A DNA stretch of 64,000 bases from Blasia pusilla (lineage: Eukaryota). The position numbers were made by a program, and so were the translations under genes. Within the stretch, counting starts at the first letter, position 1, and every line of letters begins with the position of its first letter. Below are positions 1 through 12,340 of this stretch, piece by piece. The notes beneath the pieces are model-generated. The model was not told where the DNA came from and ran no database searches. It was given only the letters and a program-made list of their open reading frames with translations. The stretch covers positions 39,308,001-39,372,000 of the forward strand of contig CM114271.1 of the NCBI GenBank assembly GCA_050084515.1. Direction: 5' to 3'.

Positions 1-387
1 GTTGACAAGGAATCTGGAGTATCTTATATGCCAGAGTTGGTATAACTGGGCCCAGTCACCCGCCAAATGTCTATATCCTGCCTACCTAAATTCGTCATGT
101 GTTGAAAGGTTAGGATGGAAATCTTCCTGAGATTGCCGTTGAAGCCTAGTAGGATCCATCTTAGCAAGGAATCTGAAATTCTATTTCGCATTCCAGAGTA
201 AGTGGGGGCGAAGCACCTGCCAAATATCAACATCCACCCTACGTATTCTTGCTCCTGATCAGACTTGCAATTAAAGTTAGAAAGGGATTTGTGCAAGGGA
301 CCACCAGACTGCCAAATCTTGGATTATAGACCTCATAGACCTGATTGTTCTGACTGAGGGCTCCCAATATGTCTGCCGGTCTTGCAG

Positions 388-2945
388 GCGGCACGGAAGG
401 CAGCACAACGTAGCAAGACCATTATTGCAGACTGGCGCCAAAAGGTAGGGTGATTTACAGCCAGTTGGAGGTGGAATTGGTTTTGCACTTTGATGAATTC
501 CTTACTATGTCATTTGCATATTATCGAAGCTACGAAAAGTTGTACTACAGAGATTCCTTTCTCTTGTAGACCCTTACTAACTACACTTGTAGACTACTCA
601 CTAACCATATTTGTTTATTGTGGTTCACAGGGTGCTGGTGGCAAGGGTGGTAAGTATCAACCTTAATGTGTTTCATGTCTGAGGGGTTCTTGGTGATTGA
701 ACCTTACTTGCTCCCATCGCCTTTGTCTTGAGGCCACAAAGGTGTGGAATATCCTGATGTAGCGATGGAGCCCCTAAAGAATTAAGAGTGGGAGACTTCC
801 AGTTGTAGAGCTTGCACCAAAGCTATATGGGTCATAGACATTCCAGATGGAAGTTTTACTCTGAGGGGGGTGACCAGGAGAAACCAGTTTTAAGAATAAT
901 CTGAAAGAATATATTGAAAACTTTTGGGTTACTTTTAGATGGTCCGATCTTCATTTAAGATTTTCAACACTTCATGCATGTTGACTTCTTACCATCATCT
1001 TTTGTAATAGAGTTCCATTTCTTGAATATATCCCAAGAAAATCATATCAAATCCACAGTGCTTACAGTGATGTGTTCCTGTAAAAAGTACTCTTCTTGAG
1101 GTTGACCTACCTTTTTATTCTTGTTTCGTTTCAGTGTTTGGGGTACCACTGGAAATTCTTGTGCAGAGGCAAAAGAGTACCAGACCCATCCCCTCCATCG
1201 TCATCAAATGCGTTGATTTCTTAGTCATGTCAGGTGAGGAGGTGTCCTTTGTCTGTTGGATTTAAATAGCTAAGATTGTGTGGTACCTTGAGCTGGAAAC
1301 TTTGTCCAAAGGTATGTGGGATGACAGGGTGATGAGCTGAATGTTTCAGTTTTCACTGTTACTGAATGCAAACTCTTTTCTTGCAGGATTGAATGCGGAG
1401 TACATCTTCAAGAAAGATGGAAATCATCGAGTGGTGGACCGGCTTATTGCTTCTTTGAATGAAGGTGACATTACATCATTCTCTAATAGATGTTCTGCTT
1501 TGTGAGTATGAGTAGGGCTTTCTTCAGGAAAGAAGATTCATTCTCCTTTTGTGTTAGAAAAAGCTTAAGCATCACAGGAACAATCTTCATGGCTTTACCT
1601 TCATCGTCATTGAAGGAAGTATCTTTGAGTTGACGTGCTCAGGGATTTCCTTATCATGAATAAACTCTGCTATTGACTGTTTTTTCAGAACTTCAACACT
1701 TATCAATTGACATTAGGTCTGACAGAAGTGAGGGTATGAATGCTGCAGACCCTACTACATCAGTGCAAGGGGCAAGCCCAATTGATGTGGCAGCTTTGTT
1801 GAAAGCGTTTCTGCACATGCTGCCAGAGCCTCTCTTAATGTTCGAGCAGTATGATGCCTTCGTTAGTGCTCGTGGGAATGTTGTGAGACTACGCCAGATA
1901 GTTTCGGCACTTCCTCCAGCAAACTACTTTACTTTGGAGTGTCTTACAGCTCTGTTGTTGCGCATCAGCCAAAAATCAACTGTCAATAAGGTGGGCATTT
2001 CTTTCATCTTTGATATCATCCTATGCTTCCCTGGACTGGTGAGCATAAATTTTGTGTTTGAAATCACGCCATGCATTCCTAGACGGGCACATAATTTTAC
2101 TGGATAATGATTTGTACCTTCATAGGTATATCTATTATGCATTCTCAAGTAACATTTCTCTTGACTTCCTAGGACTCGCTCATTTCAAAGCCTGCACTAG
2201 TTGGTTCGGTTCAGTCATTAATTTTGACTTTTTCTACCACAGACGCAGTGCCAGGTGCTAGACATAAATCTGTCTGTCCGTGTTTTCTGAAGTAGGTACC
2301 GGAAAATTATATTCTGTTTCATGGTTAAGCTTCTTGGTTAACTCAGGATGACGTGGGTTTGTTTGGTTGCTTGGGCAGATGGATTCCCATAGTCTCGCAT
2401 TTGAATTTGCCCCAGCACTACTCTGGCAAAAAGGAAAAAGTAAATCTTCTCTTTCTGGGAAATCAAGGCCATTAGCTGCAGGTAGTTTGAGGTCATCTCG
2501 ATTGACACCTGTTATAGAACGACCAAGAGAAGAGGCAGCAGCGCTATCTGAGGATGGGCTCAAATCCCCACATCAGCCACGATCTGTTTCTGTGATGGTC
2601 AATGTGAATGAGCCTGGTAGTGGTGCTGATTGGCGTCAACTTGAAGGTGGGAAAATCAACTTGTTTCATGCACAAGTAGTTTGTTTTCTGTTTACAGCTT
2701 GGCTACCTTCTTCAGCATTAAGGCCAACCAAATTTCTCGTTTTCTCAGGAATTGATGACGGGATGCTGAATGGGCACGAACTGGATGACCGAAATGGTGA
2801 CTTGTCAGCTCAGATTCCACTTGATGACGATGAGCCTTTGTCAGTGGATTTTGCAATAGTGGAAGCTGTGCAATGTCTGATCGATCAACACAACGTTGTA
2901 TTTGCAGATGCCATTGAGGTTGTCTGGCAGGAAATGGGAAGTTAA
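388..2945 (+). CDS. Rho GTPase-activating (RhoGAP) domain protein, At5g61530-like; 5' end not resolved, probably upstream of the window
   Basis: GT-AG exons 388-444, 631-649, 1135-1233, 1387-1464, 1749-1990, 2379-2646, 2749-2945 splice in frame to AARKAAQRSKTII..VFGVPLEILVQRQKSTRPIPSIVIKCVDFL..PIDVAALLKAFLHMLPEPL..LLLRISQKSTVNKMDSHSLAFEFAPALLW; stop TAA at 2943-2945. Confidence 0.88.
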
Positions 2946-5507
2946 CTAAGTCCCTGTTCTGTCCATACTGGGCATCTTTCCACCAAGTGAATTAACCACC
3001 AAGTGAAATAGCATACTTAGTTGAGAGTTTGAAAATGGCATTTAATTAAGTTAGCATGTAAAATAGATTGTTTTCCAGAGAATAGTTATCATCTGGCATG
3101 AGGTAATAAGTCACCATTTTGTAATTTCTCTCCTACATTACCAACTTGTTGGAATGAGTGCAAAGTCCAGGTTGATTCCACTTCCTGGCAAATGGTAGCA
3201 CATCATCTGCTGAAGTTCAAAGTGGTGAGTAGCCACATATTTTGAGGTGTGACTACCATGGAGTGCAACTTGTCTGCCTGGACTTCTCATTACAGCCCCT
3301 GCTGCTGCATAAATTCCGCATTCAATTCTTGCCTCCACCAAAAGGAGGGAGCATGCAGGACATCTATGTGGCCGACCAGCTTATGCCTCCATTGCATTCA
3401 CGTTAGATCATCCTCATGCTATCAATCAAATTCTTATGAATGTGGTGCATGAATTCACTCAAGATTCTTCACTTGGCTGCTCGTTTTCCGTCTTTTACCC
3501 TAAGCCCTAAATGCCCCCTTCTTCCTTTTCTGGTCTTGTTGTGGCCTTCAGGTTTTGACTCTTTGAGTCCCCCTCTTTTGTACTTCCGATGGGTTTTCCA
3601 TCACACGTTTTTATCGAAGTGCATCATTTCATTTTCTTTTACCCTTATTTGCCTTATTGCTTTCCATCCAGAGACAAGTCATCCTTCCTCATCAGGATCA
3701 TTCGTCTTGATTATTGGGAGCAGTGGAAAGGTGGTGGTTATGTTTCTCCACTCTCTATAATGTCTGACAGCCAGTCCCATTTCAAAAGTTGGTAAATTTG
3801 TTTGTTGGAAAGATGTCCCCCTCGGCCCTTGCAATCACAGTGATTTCGTTATTGTTTAGACTCCCACAACCTCAGATTTTCTTTTCAGCTCAGGTTTTCG
3901 TCTTCAACTACACTTCTCCCTCTAATGTGGATACTTTGTTCATTTATTTACTTATGCTGATTCATTCCTTTCTTCTTTCATGCTTCTTGCAACATGGAAA
4001 TGGTATTCACACTATGGACTATGATTGATTCTCAATCATGTTTGACAGATTGCATCCCGAAAGTAAGGGATTTTTTTTTTCGTACAGGGATGAAAAAATC
4101 TTTATGGGCAGCAAAATTTTAGGAAAAAATTGTGTGAAGTAGGGCCCATTCTACTAGGGCCCTAGGGCCCATTCTACTACACTTACATGAGTACTTGAAA
4201 TGAATTCTGAATGTCAAGGCTTGATCTGCCAACGATTTACTCTTAAGTTCTTTCTTCCTGTTTGCCGTTGTTTACACCTTCAGTGTGTCTAGAGCACTTG
4301 TGCATTATTTCGCTCTATCTCTTGCAGAAAAGCACAACTCACAAGCACTCGTGCATTTGCCTGATTTCTTGGTGGTCCCCACCAAGTATGCTTCGCATAA
4401 CATCACGTAGTGAGCTCCTCAGCCCTTATACCTCCTCATGTCGTTTGGCAGTTTCACCAACATGATACACGTGTTACACAACCATCAGACTGCCCCTTTG
4501 GGCGATTAGTATCACATGTACACGAAAACCACAACTATGAGAAAACCTCACCAATGGAGAATGGTGAGTAGAATCTTTGCGTCTAGGCAAAGACTGTGAA
4601 GAGAAAAAAAAAATCATCCTATGTAGGCGGAGGCCAAGAGGAAAATCACTTGTATGAGAACACCACCAAAAAATGGAGTGGACCCACCTAGTTGGTGCCA
4701 ATTCTTCATAAATCTCCTGCTTTCCTTCGTGTCGCGTATGATTGTGCAATGCAATCAATGCACACCAGGCATCGTCATGACGGACTGAGCCTGTCATTTT
4801 GCGACAAATACCTTGCTAGCTACACTGTAGAACATGATGGGTATTTCCCATATAACTTCCCATAAAATTGTACTAATGTGAAACCCGTGCACGGGAGTGC
4901 TTCACGTAAATGTTCTTTCTCTAATAAAATAACATGTATATTGGAGAGTGCTTTTTGTATTTGCATACAAAATTTTTTTTCCTTCGGACAAAATTAATTT
5001 ACAAAACCATGATTAATACTGATGATTCCAACTCATGGCACTGGCTGCCATGAAGGCTTGGGGTGCATCGAGATATGTGCCCCCATGCGCAAAGCAAAAG
5101 CCACTCGAGACCTTTAAACACAAGATGACTTAAAACTCACGCTAACTGACTATCTTAAATTACCGTTAAGTTATTCGAATTCCCGTAACTATCTTACGGA
5201 AACTTCGAATACGTCGGTGGGTCCTCGCGATCCCTACTAACCCTAGTCGTGTTTCGAACAGAGCGGGCGGATGGATGGCAACCGCTAGGAAGGGCGAAGC
5301 AGAGGAGAGTAGAGTAGGCTACGTGGGTCTGGACGGAGTTTGGGAAAGAGGCGGAGCGGTGCCTGAGATGGGGAGAGAATCGTGAGAGTGGGGGGTGAGA
5401 GGTGGGAAGACGAATTGGGAGAGAAGTGGGGAGGGAAGAAGAGACCGACGCAATCGCAGGAGAAGCAAGAGAGAGAGAGTGAACAATCGCAAGAGAAGCA
5501 AGAGATT

Positions 5508-8500
5508 ATGGCATGTCGCCAACGATTGGTGCTCCGAGTGCTGCTGCGGAATCGGCAGTGTTTGCAGGAGGTGGTAGGCCGCGGCGCACTTGGGGCTGCC
5601 GCTGCCGGTACTTATTCCGGCCTGCACACGTTTGGAGGTGCTGGAGCGCAAGCTAAGAAAATCGCGCCTCCGAGAAGTCGTCTCACTTGGGTACTGGATA
5701 GTCTGCTCTGAGCTTGCAAGAGTGTGTCGGGAATTGTATGTCCACGACGATGGACTGATTGGGATTGTGGCTGAATGACAGAGGCGTCTTTTGACCGGTA
5801 CGCTGCTGGGATCTGTGATAACAAGCGGAGCATATGTAGGGACCAGGGACGAGGCGACCATAAGGTACACCCTTTTGTAGATACATTCTCATAGGCGCTA
5901 CACATTTGTAATTTCAGAGTGTAGGTGCGTGGGAGTGCTGGAGCTGTAATTGATGGAGAAGTAGAGTCAGTCTGGGTTTCACTGAGGGTTGATTTTGTAA
6001 ACTGATGGCATCTAACTTTCTCTCTTTCTCTTTCTCTCCCCCTCTATTCCTCCCTCCCTCCCTCCCTCTCTCCCTCTCTCCCTCTGTCTCTCTGTCTCTC
6101 TCTGTCCCTCTCTCTCTGATGACAGCACATGGGCATTCGAGGGTTCAAAGTTAGCGAACCCTCTCTTTAGACTGTTTGATCCAGAGGATGCCCACCGACT
6201 TGCTATTTGGGCTGCATCTCAGGGTCTGGTGCCCAAGGAGAACAGACCTGATCCAGGTATCTTAGCAATTGAAGTGTGGGGGCGCAACTTCTCGAACCCA
6301 ATAGGGCTTGCGGCAGGTTTTGATAAAAATGCGGAGGCTGTGGAGGGATTGCTTGGAGTGGGATTTGGCTTTGTGGAGGTGGGGTCCGTCACACCGGTAC
6401 CTCAGGAAGGCAATCCAAAACCTCGAGTTTTCAGATTGCAGGAAGAGGGGTAAGCATGTATGTTACAGCTATACTCATATTCACGGTTGTCTTGAGTAGA
6501 CTAGCTGCTATGGTTAGACTTAGAGTTTTCTCAAAATCTTGACTACTGTACTGGTATCACGGGACTAACAGACCCAGAGCTGGAACTGAATGTGCTTGAC
6601 TCTTCGCTCTTCAGTGGTAGAAACTGTGAGCTCATGAACAGAGTCCTATTTGTGTCAACTCATTGTTCTCTGAGACTGGTTCCATGCCAAGAACCGCAAG
6701 AGAATTTCTTATTCTGTAGTCATGGAAGGCAGTGGTTCACGTCTGTGATTTCGAAACTTCTTTCCTCTGACATATTTTCTATGCTCTCCTGTGGATTTAA
6801 GGTTCTACTCAATAGCTGAGTTCTTATGGTTAGTTCTTTATGCATCTGCTGAGTGTGCTGATCAAATTTTTTTTTGGATTGCTTGTACTTACTGCTTCAG
6901 TTCGTTTCATTTGGAATAGGGCTATCATCAATAGATACGGTTTCAACAGTGAAGGCATTATGGCAGTTGCCAAGAGACTGGGTGCACAACATGGGAAGCG
7001 GAAGTTAGCCGAAACAACCAAAACCTCACCATCAATTTATGGAGACCAAAGGCAACCGGGTGGTAAGGCAGGCCCTGGAATTTTAGGTGTCAATCTCGGA
7101 AAGAATAAAACCAGCACTGATGCCTCGTCCGATTATGTACAAGGCGTTCATACATTGTCTCAATATGCCGACTACATGGTATGTACCTTGTAATGCCTTT
7201 GCTTCTTCTTTGTGGCTTCTTGTTTTTGTTACCCTTGATATGGCTGTGAAAGAGTAAAACTTGTAGTCAATTGGCTTGGTGGTATGTAGGTGATAAATAT
7301 CTCTTCTCCCAATACCCCAGGCCTGCGGAAGCTTCAAGGGCGGAAGGAATTGAAGGATCTCATTAAAAAGGTTGGCTCAGTACCTCACCCGTAGTCACTC
7401 AACAACCTCACTGGTGTTGATCGAACTCTGAGCTCTGAGCTCTGAAGTTGATTTCTTGAGTCTACCTTGACTCCCTGGAATCTGGAATGTACTACATATT
7501 AATGAAAGTTGGAGGACATTGATCCAAAGTGTCCAGCCACTCACTTTTATGGTACTTAGATATTCAGGGTTCGTAAGGATAAAGAACTATAGTTCACCTT
7601 TTCATTGTCTCACATATGTGTGAAGGTACTGGCAGCGCGAGATGACATGCAATGGGGTGAAGAAGGTCCACCTCCCCTGCTTGTGAAGATTGCACCAGAT
7701 TTGTCCAAAGAGGACCTTGCTGATATTGCAGCGGTATGCACTATTGAACTTAGAGGTTGAGGTCTTTGTCTAGCTGATATACTGCTTGTAAGTACTACAT
7801 TCCTTTCAATCGTACTCTAGGAGAGAATTAGGAGTAGCCAGATTTGAACTCCAATTCTTTAGTGCACAACTTCTAAATCTTTGATTTAGTCATTGCTTGG
7901 AGACGGGGTACATTCCATTTCCTTTTGATTGCGCATGCATGAACCGGCTCAGGAGGGATCCTGGAAATGTTGATTTTTGGATCGTGGTTATGGCAGGTCA
8001 CACTAACACTGAGGGTGGATGGATTGGTAAGCTTTTTACTTTTCAATGGACTGTTTGCTTGCATCAAGTTCGTTTAAATGGCTGAACTCTGCAATCGTTT
8101 GAATGACATTTGGAGTTTTTAGTGTGCTAAAACTAAAGTCTGGGAATATCTTGGAAGCAGAAATGTCTGGTGATGATCAGGAAATTGCTAAAATAAAGTA
8201 GGTGTGATCACTTGTGTCGGGTCTGGAATCGCAGTCAATTCTCTAACTAGACTCTTACAGATGGCTGTGAGGTAGCTGAGACTGAGGAACTCATTCACTT
8301 TCTTTTTTACATGTCATACAGGTCATTTCCAACACTACCGTCTCAAGACCAGAGTACATTCAGGGCCTTTCTCATGCCAACGAAACTGGCGGACTTAGTG
8401 GAAAACCATTGCTTAAGATGTCAACCGATGTGCTTAGAGAGATGTACCAGCTCACTAGGGTATGTTGTATTAACTGGAAGGTGAACTGACTTTTTGCAGT

Positions 8501-9751
8501 GTCAATTCTCAAAGAAATGTTATGAAATCCCTGTCTACCTTCAGTTAGTTTTTTGTTCCATAGTTTAAACTCTCATATTATCTGTAGGTGGTATATAAGT
8601 TCTGTTCACTTGAGTACAAATTGCTAAACGTGATGGTGTGCCTTGTAATTAACAGGGAAAGGTTCCTCTAATCGGAGTTGGAGGCGTTGCCAGGTTGGCT
8701 TCTTTAGACGTAGGAGAGTGGTAGCAGTTTTACAAAGGAGTCAGTTTCATTGAGGATATATACTGAGCTCTATTTATTGGATTGCCGTTTTGCACATAAA
8801 ATGAGGAAGTGTAGATTCAAGAAGTTGAACATTTTCTCTACATGCAAGTCTAGAGGATAATCAAACTTCATTTGTACTCATCAATAAGTAGATCTTTTTG
8901 CTAGGAAAGTGGATCTTCCTAGTCTCTAGGATTCAAAAGATTCTTACGCCCAAATATTTTGGTGGTTTTGCAGTGGCAAGGATGCATATTTAAAAATACG
9001 TGCTGGTGCATCTCTGGTACAACTTTACTCCTCATTTGCGTATGAAGGTCCAGCACTCATACCTCAGATAAAGGTTTGCCCCAGAACTTATTACCCGTGC
9101 TTGTTGAAGTAATGAAGTAGGATCCTAAGGCCAACAGACAGCTGGTCCATTTAGAGAAAGGAGGTCTCTCATTAAAATGCTTTGTTATCGATGAATACTG
9201 ACAAGGCAGCTGGTGTGGAATAGAATGCCTTGTGTGTTATGTGTGAAATATCATGCTCATTGGGTTCATATTTTGTCTTGGTGGCACAAAGTCCCATATT
9301 ACTGTAGGGATCATTAGCTGTAATGAGATAAGTGTTAACCCTTTACCCTAAGTAGACTCTGGGGAAGGTTTGATTATCACCCCGGGGCAGTTCTCTTTAG
9401 ATCAGTAAAGGAGTTGAGATTGGCTAGAGTGGTGGATCATCAATAGTAAAGTGTCATTGCCGTTGGGTTACACTAGCAAAGTAAATATATGTGCCATTCT
9501 CAGACATGAGGTGAGATGGTTTCATGTTTCCACGGTTCTCCCAGATTCTGAAATCCTCCTGTAGGTCTACATGTATAGTACTTTCACATGGTAGACGGGC
9601 TAGAGTACACTGGTACTTTAAACTATTTCAATTTTTCTGAGCAAAATTTGGGACTTGGTGTCAATTGTGGTTACAGGTGGAGTTGGCAGCCTGTCTTGAG
9701 AATGATGGTTTCAAATCAGTGGGAGAAGCAGTAGGTGCAGATTTTCGGTAG
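5508..9751 (+). CDS. PYRD: Dihydroorotate dehydrogenase (quinone), mitochondrial
   Basis: 11 GT-AG exons (5508-5690, 5782-5864, 6126-6449, 6920-7178, 7290-7370, 7626-7733, 7997-8026, 8322-8459, 8656-8693, 8974-9073, 9677-9751) give class 2 DHODH motifs [68 protein letters not shown]; Arg-rich N-terminus fits a mitochondrial presequence. Confidence 0.96.
6017..6117. repeat. Imperfect CT-rich microsatellite in DHODH intron 2
   Basis: Runs of (CT)n, (CCCT)n and (CTCTGT)-like units directly before the acceptor AG at 6124-6125. Confidence 0.85.
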
Positions 9752-11560
9752 CAGTTTGTTGGTGACTGCAGGCATTATTTCCCTCGTCTCAAATAAATGA
9801 AGACAAATGGAGTATGCAGGCAACAGGGAAGAACTGCAAGGTGTGGGCCCAGTTAACACTGCCTACTTCAGTTGAATGGCGGTAGCCTCAAGTTTGACAA
9901 GCCCCTCCCTGCCACAAAGCATTGACGGGTTTCCCAGGTTCTGGAGCTGCTAAAAATTGGAGGATTTTGAATGCCTATTTTGAAGTAGCAGCACTGGTGC
10001 ACTTGAGTTTCACCAGCCAATTTTGCAACATGTATGGTCAGGAACTGTGGAAGCCGCGAGTTTAAATCTAGGGTGTCTGTCTCTACATGAGATAATGAGA
10101 TGGACTCCCGTTGAGGCTCAAAAGATGAGTCAAAGTTTTTTGTCAATTTGTGTAACAAAAATTTGCCACTGTATGTTGGCCAAGTTCTGGAGTCTGGAGA
10201 GCTACTTCCAGTAAGCCGTTTTCCAAGATCTTTCTTCCTGGATCACGTGTATGGGCTATCATACTTAACTCCCTTAGAAGTTTGCTTGAAGCAGTCGGAA
10301 CATTTCAGAATGCATTGTTAATGGAAAGGAGCAGACCTTTTGTGGGAATGGTTTGATATGGATGTGCCTGATGAGGTATCCTCGATTGGAATCCATTTTT
10401 TCACTGTTGTTTTGGTGGCTAGTCATGATCTTTTGAAGTCTTCTCGGAGGGCTTTGGAATTTTTCCATTGATCTGGGTCACAATCATCACAACCAACACT
10501 CTGTGACTTGGATATATTTCAAAGGATTCAAGACAGCCAGGATCAAGTATCTAACGTGAGGCAGATATCCTTTAAGAATTGGTCCCCTGGAACGAATTCC
10601 TTGAATTGGTCCATTTTGTCGTCGATAGGTTTTCTACCTTGCCAGTGGTTCCTTGCAGCATCCAAATCATTGCTTTTTTTTATGTATTAGGAAGGTTTTC
10701 AACCCTTTTCCAACCAGCCCCTTTTCCAGTATGCTTGTTTAGTCCCATTTCAACCATTACCTTAGTGCCCTTCTGACATGGAATTGTCGATATGTTGTTT
10801 TCAGAAGGGTCGTACGAGTGTAGTTTCAAGAGAGCATCATTGTCCCCCATTTTTTGCTGTTCCCTACATTGTCCTGGAAGAAGGTTTTGCTATATTCTAT
10901 GCCAAACCGAATACTTGTAAGATGGCTGGAGTTCTGCACACCAAATTTAACTGCCAAATGTGATGTTTCGGAGGTCTTTTATGACCCTTCGAGTGGCTTC
11001 CATCAACTCATTTGAGGCTCCCAGAAGTCTCACATGTTCAAAGGATGCAGAAGATGGGTATAGCAGAAACTTCTGTATAGCCAATAGAATAACTCTGTCT
11101 TCATCCACATTTCCAGCAACCCTTTGAGAGGAATTTGACTAAAGTCCAAGACAAATGAGGAGCAAATTGAATTGCAAAGGAGCATATGTTAGCTCGTCCA
11201 CACCGTTTGAAAATAAAAAGCAGCTGGAAATTGGTTAGGTGATTGTGAGGGAACATGAAGTGCATCACATGTCTCCAAGATTATGTACTCCCTAATCATA
11301 TAGCTTACCATTGTTATTGTTAGAAAAGATTCGAGGTGCCCACTAATTTCTGTTTCCCAGATTGGTATCCAAGCATGGGTTATAAGTCGTACTTCATAAT
11401 ATCATACAGTGCAGGGATGCCTTAGCTGATATGCACATAGGGAATAGCGTCCCTTGCATACGGAGTCCGTGTATTGCTAAGTGATCAGAGTTGCATATGA
11501 TAGCAACTTTGTGACACACGAGAGGTTGGAACCTGACTTCGATGGGACTTTCTTCACCAA

Positions 11561-12158
11561 TGGTAAGTAATGTCTCTCTCAATGTCAAACCAAACCCACT
11601 CTCCTAATGAGAGGCTTGGGTTACATTCATAAGGCAAGAGACCGTAATTCCGCCGCCTCGTACCAAAAGGTTCAACAAAGAAAGATTGAGCTCTCAAATT
11701 TTCTCTCCTTGAGGTATACCCCCTTCCCCCTTCCCTCTTCCAAGCTCTCTCCTCGGTAACCTATGTTTGCATGTCACCTCCTTGGCTCTTGACCTACTGT
11801 AGTGGGTCAAGGGCCACTTCCAAAAGTGGAAAGTTGACTCTACCAAATATGGAAATTTACCCAAAATAGTAAGTTTCTCTATATGGCTCCAAATAAGCCG
11901 AAAAGAAGGAAAAACCTGCTCTCTCAAGTTTCCCAAGACCTCAGCAAGTCATCCTCGACCTCTTGAGCCTGTCCTCCTCTAACTCACGAAGATGCTCTAC
12001 CAGATCTCTCCGATCTATCCTAGAAAGTCATGACAGCTATGGTGCGCATACACATCGTTACACAACATACATCGTTGTTGAATATACACAAACACGCACG
12101 ATCCTATGCTAACTCATGGCATCCAAACAACGAGACAAGAAGTACCAAAATATCTCCA
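11561..12158 (-). repeat. 3' LTR of gypsy copy 1, preceded by a polypurine-tract candidate
   Basis: Matches 62962-63387 (same orientation) and 20009-20228, 22413-22617, 32041-32226, 32247-32370 (opposite orientation). The minus strand reads TTGGGGGGCGAT then TGGAGATATTTTGG starting at 12158; the 32247 copy also starts at TGGAGATATTTTGG. Other copies start at TGTCA (equivalent to 12035), so the exact LTR limit is uncertain. Confidence 0.7.
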
Positions 12159-12340
12159 ATCGCCCCCCAAGATGGTGGTTAGGTCCCTCTAACTCCAGAT
12201 AGCTATCTATCCCTACCTACCATGACACACATCTCTCGGACTCTAAGAGCAAAAAGGCCAAGAGCTCATGTGGCCCCATCGTTAGTCGCCTTCTTGTCAT
12301 CCATGTCACAGACACAAGTCGGAATCTAGAACTACCTACT

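Noticed and set aside
5319-5870. 183-aa minus-strand ORF, and similar antisense ORFs over RPL1, TIM22 and the kinase
   Set aside because: Shadow frames of real genes or GA-rich leaders with low-complexity translations.
10200-11560. Possible decayed DNA-transposase sequence (minus-strand D.LH-like and Cys-containing strings)
   Set aside because: Motifs are too short and the frames too broken to support a call.
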